A DNA stretch of 64,000 nt from Convolutriloba macropyga. Taxonomy: Eukaryota. The stretch's first letter is position 1; each line of letters starts with the position of its first letter. The notes beneath the pieces were generated by a model. That model did no database searches. It was not told the origin of the DNA and was given only the letters and a program-made list of their open reading frames with translations. This document shows positions 60,825 through 64,000 of the stretch, one piece after another. The DNA lies in contig NC_134474.1 in assembly GCF_964194025.1 (NCBI RefSeq), positions 20,956,001 through 21,020,000 of the forward strand. The letters run 5' to 3'. A program made the position numbers and the translations under genes.

Positions 60825-63669
60825 CTAACCACCTTCCTCAACATTCTTATCTACAATGCCAGAAGTATACTCGAATATGACCGACGAACCTCTTTCTCCA
60901 ATGCCATAACAATAGCAAATCAATACCAAATCATTTGCTATACAGAAACGTGGCTTACTGAAAGCGTCAAAGACAGTGCAACCTTCCTCGCCAACTTTGC
61001 AATACACCTAAAAGACCGACCAAGTGCAAAGGGGGCTACAAAACACGGTGGTGCACTCATAGCTGTTGCTCAAAACATTCCAAGTTGTGAAATTGTCTCA
61101 AGCTTCAAAGAATGTGTTGTTATCCGGTTGCTGATGAACAACCCTATCATAATCTGCTGTCTTTTAAAGGGCGCCGCGCAACAGTCATTACACATGGTCG
61201 GTTGCTGACTTCGCTCAACTTTTGACCTTTCTGAGGTCCAAGCAATATGAATATGGAGCTGTCTGTTCATACATTGCTGGGGATATAAATCTGACCTGTA
61301 CCAACTGGCCTTCGATGACCTCGACTTCGCCCGACGAGCACATAAACTTTCAACAACTAATTCGATCTCAAGATGGAAAGTCGTTGGACATTTTCCTATG
61401 CAACAAACCCCAGACTGTTTCAAGCATTGTTCATGACCATCATTTTAGAAGCATGTTCAGAAGCGATCATATGCCGTTTCACGCCAAGGTCTTCTTTGCT
61501 ATCAAGCTATCACACACACAACCGCCAAAACCAAAGCAGAAGCTCGACTTTGGAGCCTTTGCATATAAGAAAGCTAATTGGAACGAGATAAACGAGTTTA
61601 TCGCTCAGCATCCTTTTCTTCCTTACTGTCTGAGCAACGTAGACTTGATGTTAGATCTTTGGTAACAATGGCTTTATGATATCTTCCAAGGTTTCTTACC
61701 TATCATCACAAAACACAGATCTGAACTCGCGCCCTGGGTCAGTCATTGATTGTCTCACCTTATCAGAAAATTACCCTTCAACTAAAGCAGCAACGGAAAC
61801 CAACGCCCACAACTAAACTCAAAATCGAGCATGTGCAAACGAATCTTGCTCTAGCACTTCAACACGACCAACAAGAGCATGAACTTCGACTCTTCCCAGA
61901 TGGCAAGTTTACTGACATACAACGCTATCTCAAGTCTATCACCAAATCAAGTTCTGTGCCCGCCGAAATCTTCCTGAATCACCGAACAGCTACTACTGAC
62001 GTTGCTAAAGCCGACCTGTTTAACGACTACTTCCAGTCAGTGTTCACACAGATGCCTTACAGAGTCAAAACAGACAACAAGAACGTTGTAATTCAGTTGA
62101 GCCACGTCTACTTCACCACCGAAGAAATCCGGAGCTCACTGCTGCAACTTGATGTAAACAAAGCCAAAGGACCAGACAGGATAGGGAATGCGCTCTTAAA
62201 AAACCTCCACAAGTCATTGCCAAAATCGCTTTGTCTACTCTTCAATTTAATAGCTTGCAAAGCTCATCTCCCAACTAAATGGAAAGTAGCTGAAATTGTA
62301 CCAATCTATAAAGATGGTGACAAACAGGACGCCTCTAACTACAGACCAATCAGCCTTCTGTCTGCAGTGTCGAAATTGCTAGAAACGCTTATCTTCAACA
62401 AACTGACTCCAGTAGTCTACTCAACCTTAAACCCCGCACAGCATGGTTTTCGGCCTAAACGATCGACCACAACAAATCTAATAGAGTACTTGCATGACAT
62501 CTTTAGCTGCCTGGACTCCAACCCTTCCTACCTCACGACCTTTTATATCGATTTCCAGAAGGCATTCGACAAAGTCTCTCACGATCTTCTTTTAGACAAA
62601 CTATCGGCGCTTGGCATCTGAGGAAACTGCCTAAGTCTGCTTTGAAGCTATCTGTCAAATCGGAAACAAACAGTGCGAATAAATAGTACAACCTCAAAAG
62701 AACTTGATGTCTTTAGCGGCGTCCCCCAAGGTTCCATTCTAGGCCCGCTGTTCTTCCTAGTCTTCATAAACGATTTGCCGTCCTGTGTTATGTCAAAGGC
62801 TTTTGGCTAGGCGGATGATTACAAAATTGTAGGGACCAATCCTGTGACGCTCAATGTAGATGTCAGAAAACTGTGGAGGTGGTGCGATGATAATCTGATG
62901 TCCATGAACCTTACGAAAAGCAAGCTGCTGTGAATTAAAGGCTCTGCCCAAATATCTCTGCCAAATTATACCTTCGAAGCCACTCAATCGATTAAAGATT
63001 TGGGCCTCATTGTTACTGACTCTTTAATCTGGACACTACACGCGAAGAAAAGAACTGAAAAATCCTTGAATGCATTCCTTCTGCTAAAACAAAACCTTTG
63101 CAAGGCAAATTTTGCAACCAGGAAAAATGCATATGTTTGCTACGTCGTGCCAATTGTCAGCTATGGCGCGGCCTTGTGGAAACCATCAAAGGGCGATTTA
63201 ACTTTACTTGAAGGTGTTCAACGAAAAGCAATGGCTATTCAAGACCAGCAACAGCGTCCTCTCATACAAGGAAATCAACATCTTGCCACTGTCTCTATAT
63301 CAAGAACTTCATGTTGTGTTATTATTTGCAAAAATGTTATCGGGAAAAGTTGATATAGACTGGCAAAGCCATGTCACTCTCGCTGAGGTGGGAACCCGGA
63401 GAGCCCAAGTCACTAGAAATTTTTTCTGTAAGCAAATGCGGTTGCAGAAGAGTGAGTCAGACTTTTGGTACCGAGCCTGTCACCTTGCAAATCTGTTCAG
63501 TGATTATTTCAAATATGATATCCTTCTTGATCGAGAGCACAAGAGCAAACTCCTGGAACTCTACAATCGGTTCTTCATATCCCGCAACAACAACTCAGAC
63601 CCTTGCACTTGGCGTCTCTTGTGTGGCTGCAATAACTGTAGAGACTTGAAGAAACTCATCTTTACGTAA
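60825..63669 (+). pseudogene. LINE ORF2: apurinic endonuclease plus reverse transcriptase, disrupted
   Basis: APE motifs YNARSI, TETWL, GGALIAV, GDIN and SDH. RT motifs KAKGPD, NYRPISLL, QHGFRP, DFQKAFDKV and PQGSILGP. The catalytic YADD is mutated to *ADD at 62808. Confidence 0.93.
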
Positions 63670-63740
63670 ATAACAATAAATTTTGAACAACTCAATAACC
63701 GGGTTTTATGCGAATCCGTGGATTACTTTATACTAAATCC

Positions 63741-63744
<4 letters not shown>

Positions 63745-63819
<75 letters not shown>
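63745..63819. repeat. (TTA)25 microsatellite, the LINE 3' tail
   Basis: Read directly; starts 75 bp after the ORF2 stop. Confidence 0.95.
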
Positions 63820-63821
<2 letters not shown>

Positions 63822-64000
63822 ATTGTCTTGACTTTTGGATTGGTAGGAGGAAGCACTTATTTTTGTTTTAATTCATTGAATTGCTCGAACACAAAACTTC
63901 TATTTATTTTGCCCGATGGCGCTGACTGTTCAAATTTAGATACCGGTACAAGTAGATCATCAACAACGAGTATTAACAGACAAGAAACTCGAGCTTTCAG

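Larger units (their letters stand above)
59128..63819 (+). mobile_element. Near full-length CR1/L2-group LINE, mutated, with apparent three-ORF layout and (TTA)25 tail
   Basis: 5' hairpin, ORF0, ORF1 (PHD), ORF2 (APE-RT), a short 3' UTR and a (TTA)n tail at 63745-63819. No TSD was identified, so the 5' boundary is approximate. Confidence 0.85.

Noticed and set aside
63820-64000. TSD for the plus-strand LINE, or continuation of the minus-strand LINE
   Set aside because: No convincing match to the sequence near 59050-59130 was found.

Overview
AT-rich, repeat-dense eukaryotic DNA with GT-AG introns, most consistent with an invertebrate animal; no prokaryotic features. All exon models were read and spliced by eye. 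Host genes: (1) the 5' three exons of a PAP2/lipid phosphate phosphatase (minus strand, 9215-14175), continuing off the left end; (2) a complete 3-exon ADF/cofilin (plus, 24510-25632); (3) a complete 7-exon V-ATPase 21-kDa proteolipid c'' subunit (ATP6V0B/VMA16, minus, 51380-56848); (4) a spliced orphan ORF (714-1824); (5) two decayed F-box-like paralogs and one further unidentified pseudogene. Mobile and repetitive DNA: a Polinton/Maverick-type pPolB relic (14-372); a 5.5-kb 128-bp satellite with a 939-bp higher-order repeat; a 3 x 1.13-kb tandem array; a young 5'-truncated RNase H-bearing LINE with a 12-bp TSD; a BEL/Pao LTR element in a three-LTR, flank-duplicated arrangement; a 7-kb modular tandem array; several MITEs; and two head-to-head CR1/L2-group LINEs. 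The most unusual object is the plus-strand LINE at about 59128-63819. It appears to have three ORFs (SGNH-esterase-like ORF0, PHD/coiled-coil/RRM ORF1, APE-RT ORF2). ORF2 has no ATG and lies in frame directly behind a UGA-CUA leaky-stop context, which suggests stop-codon readthrough.
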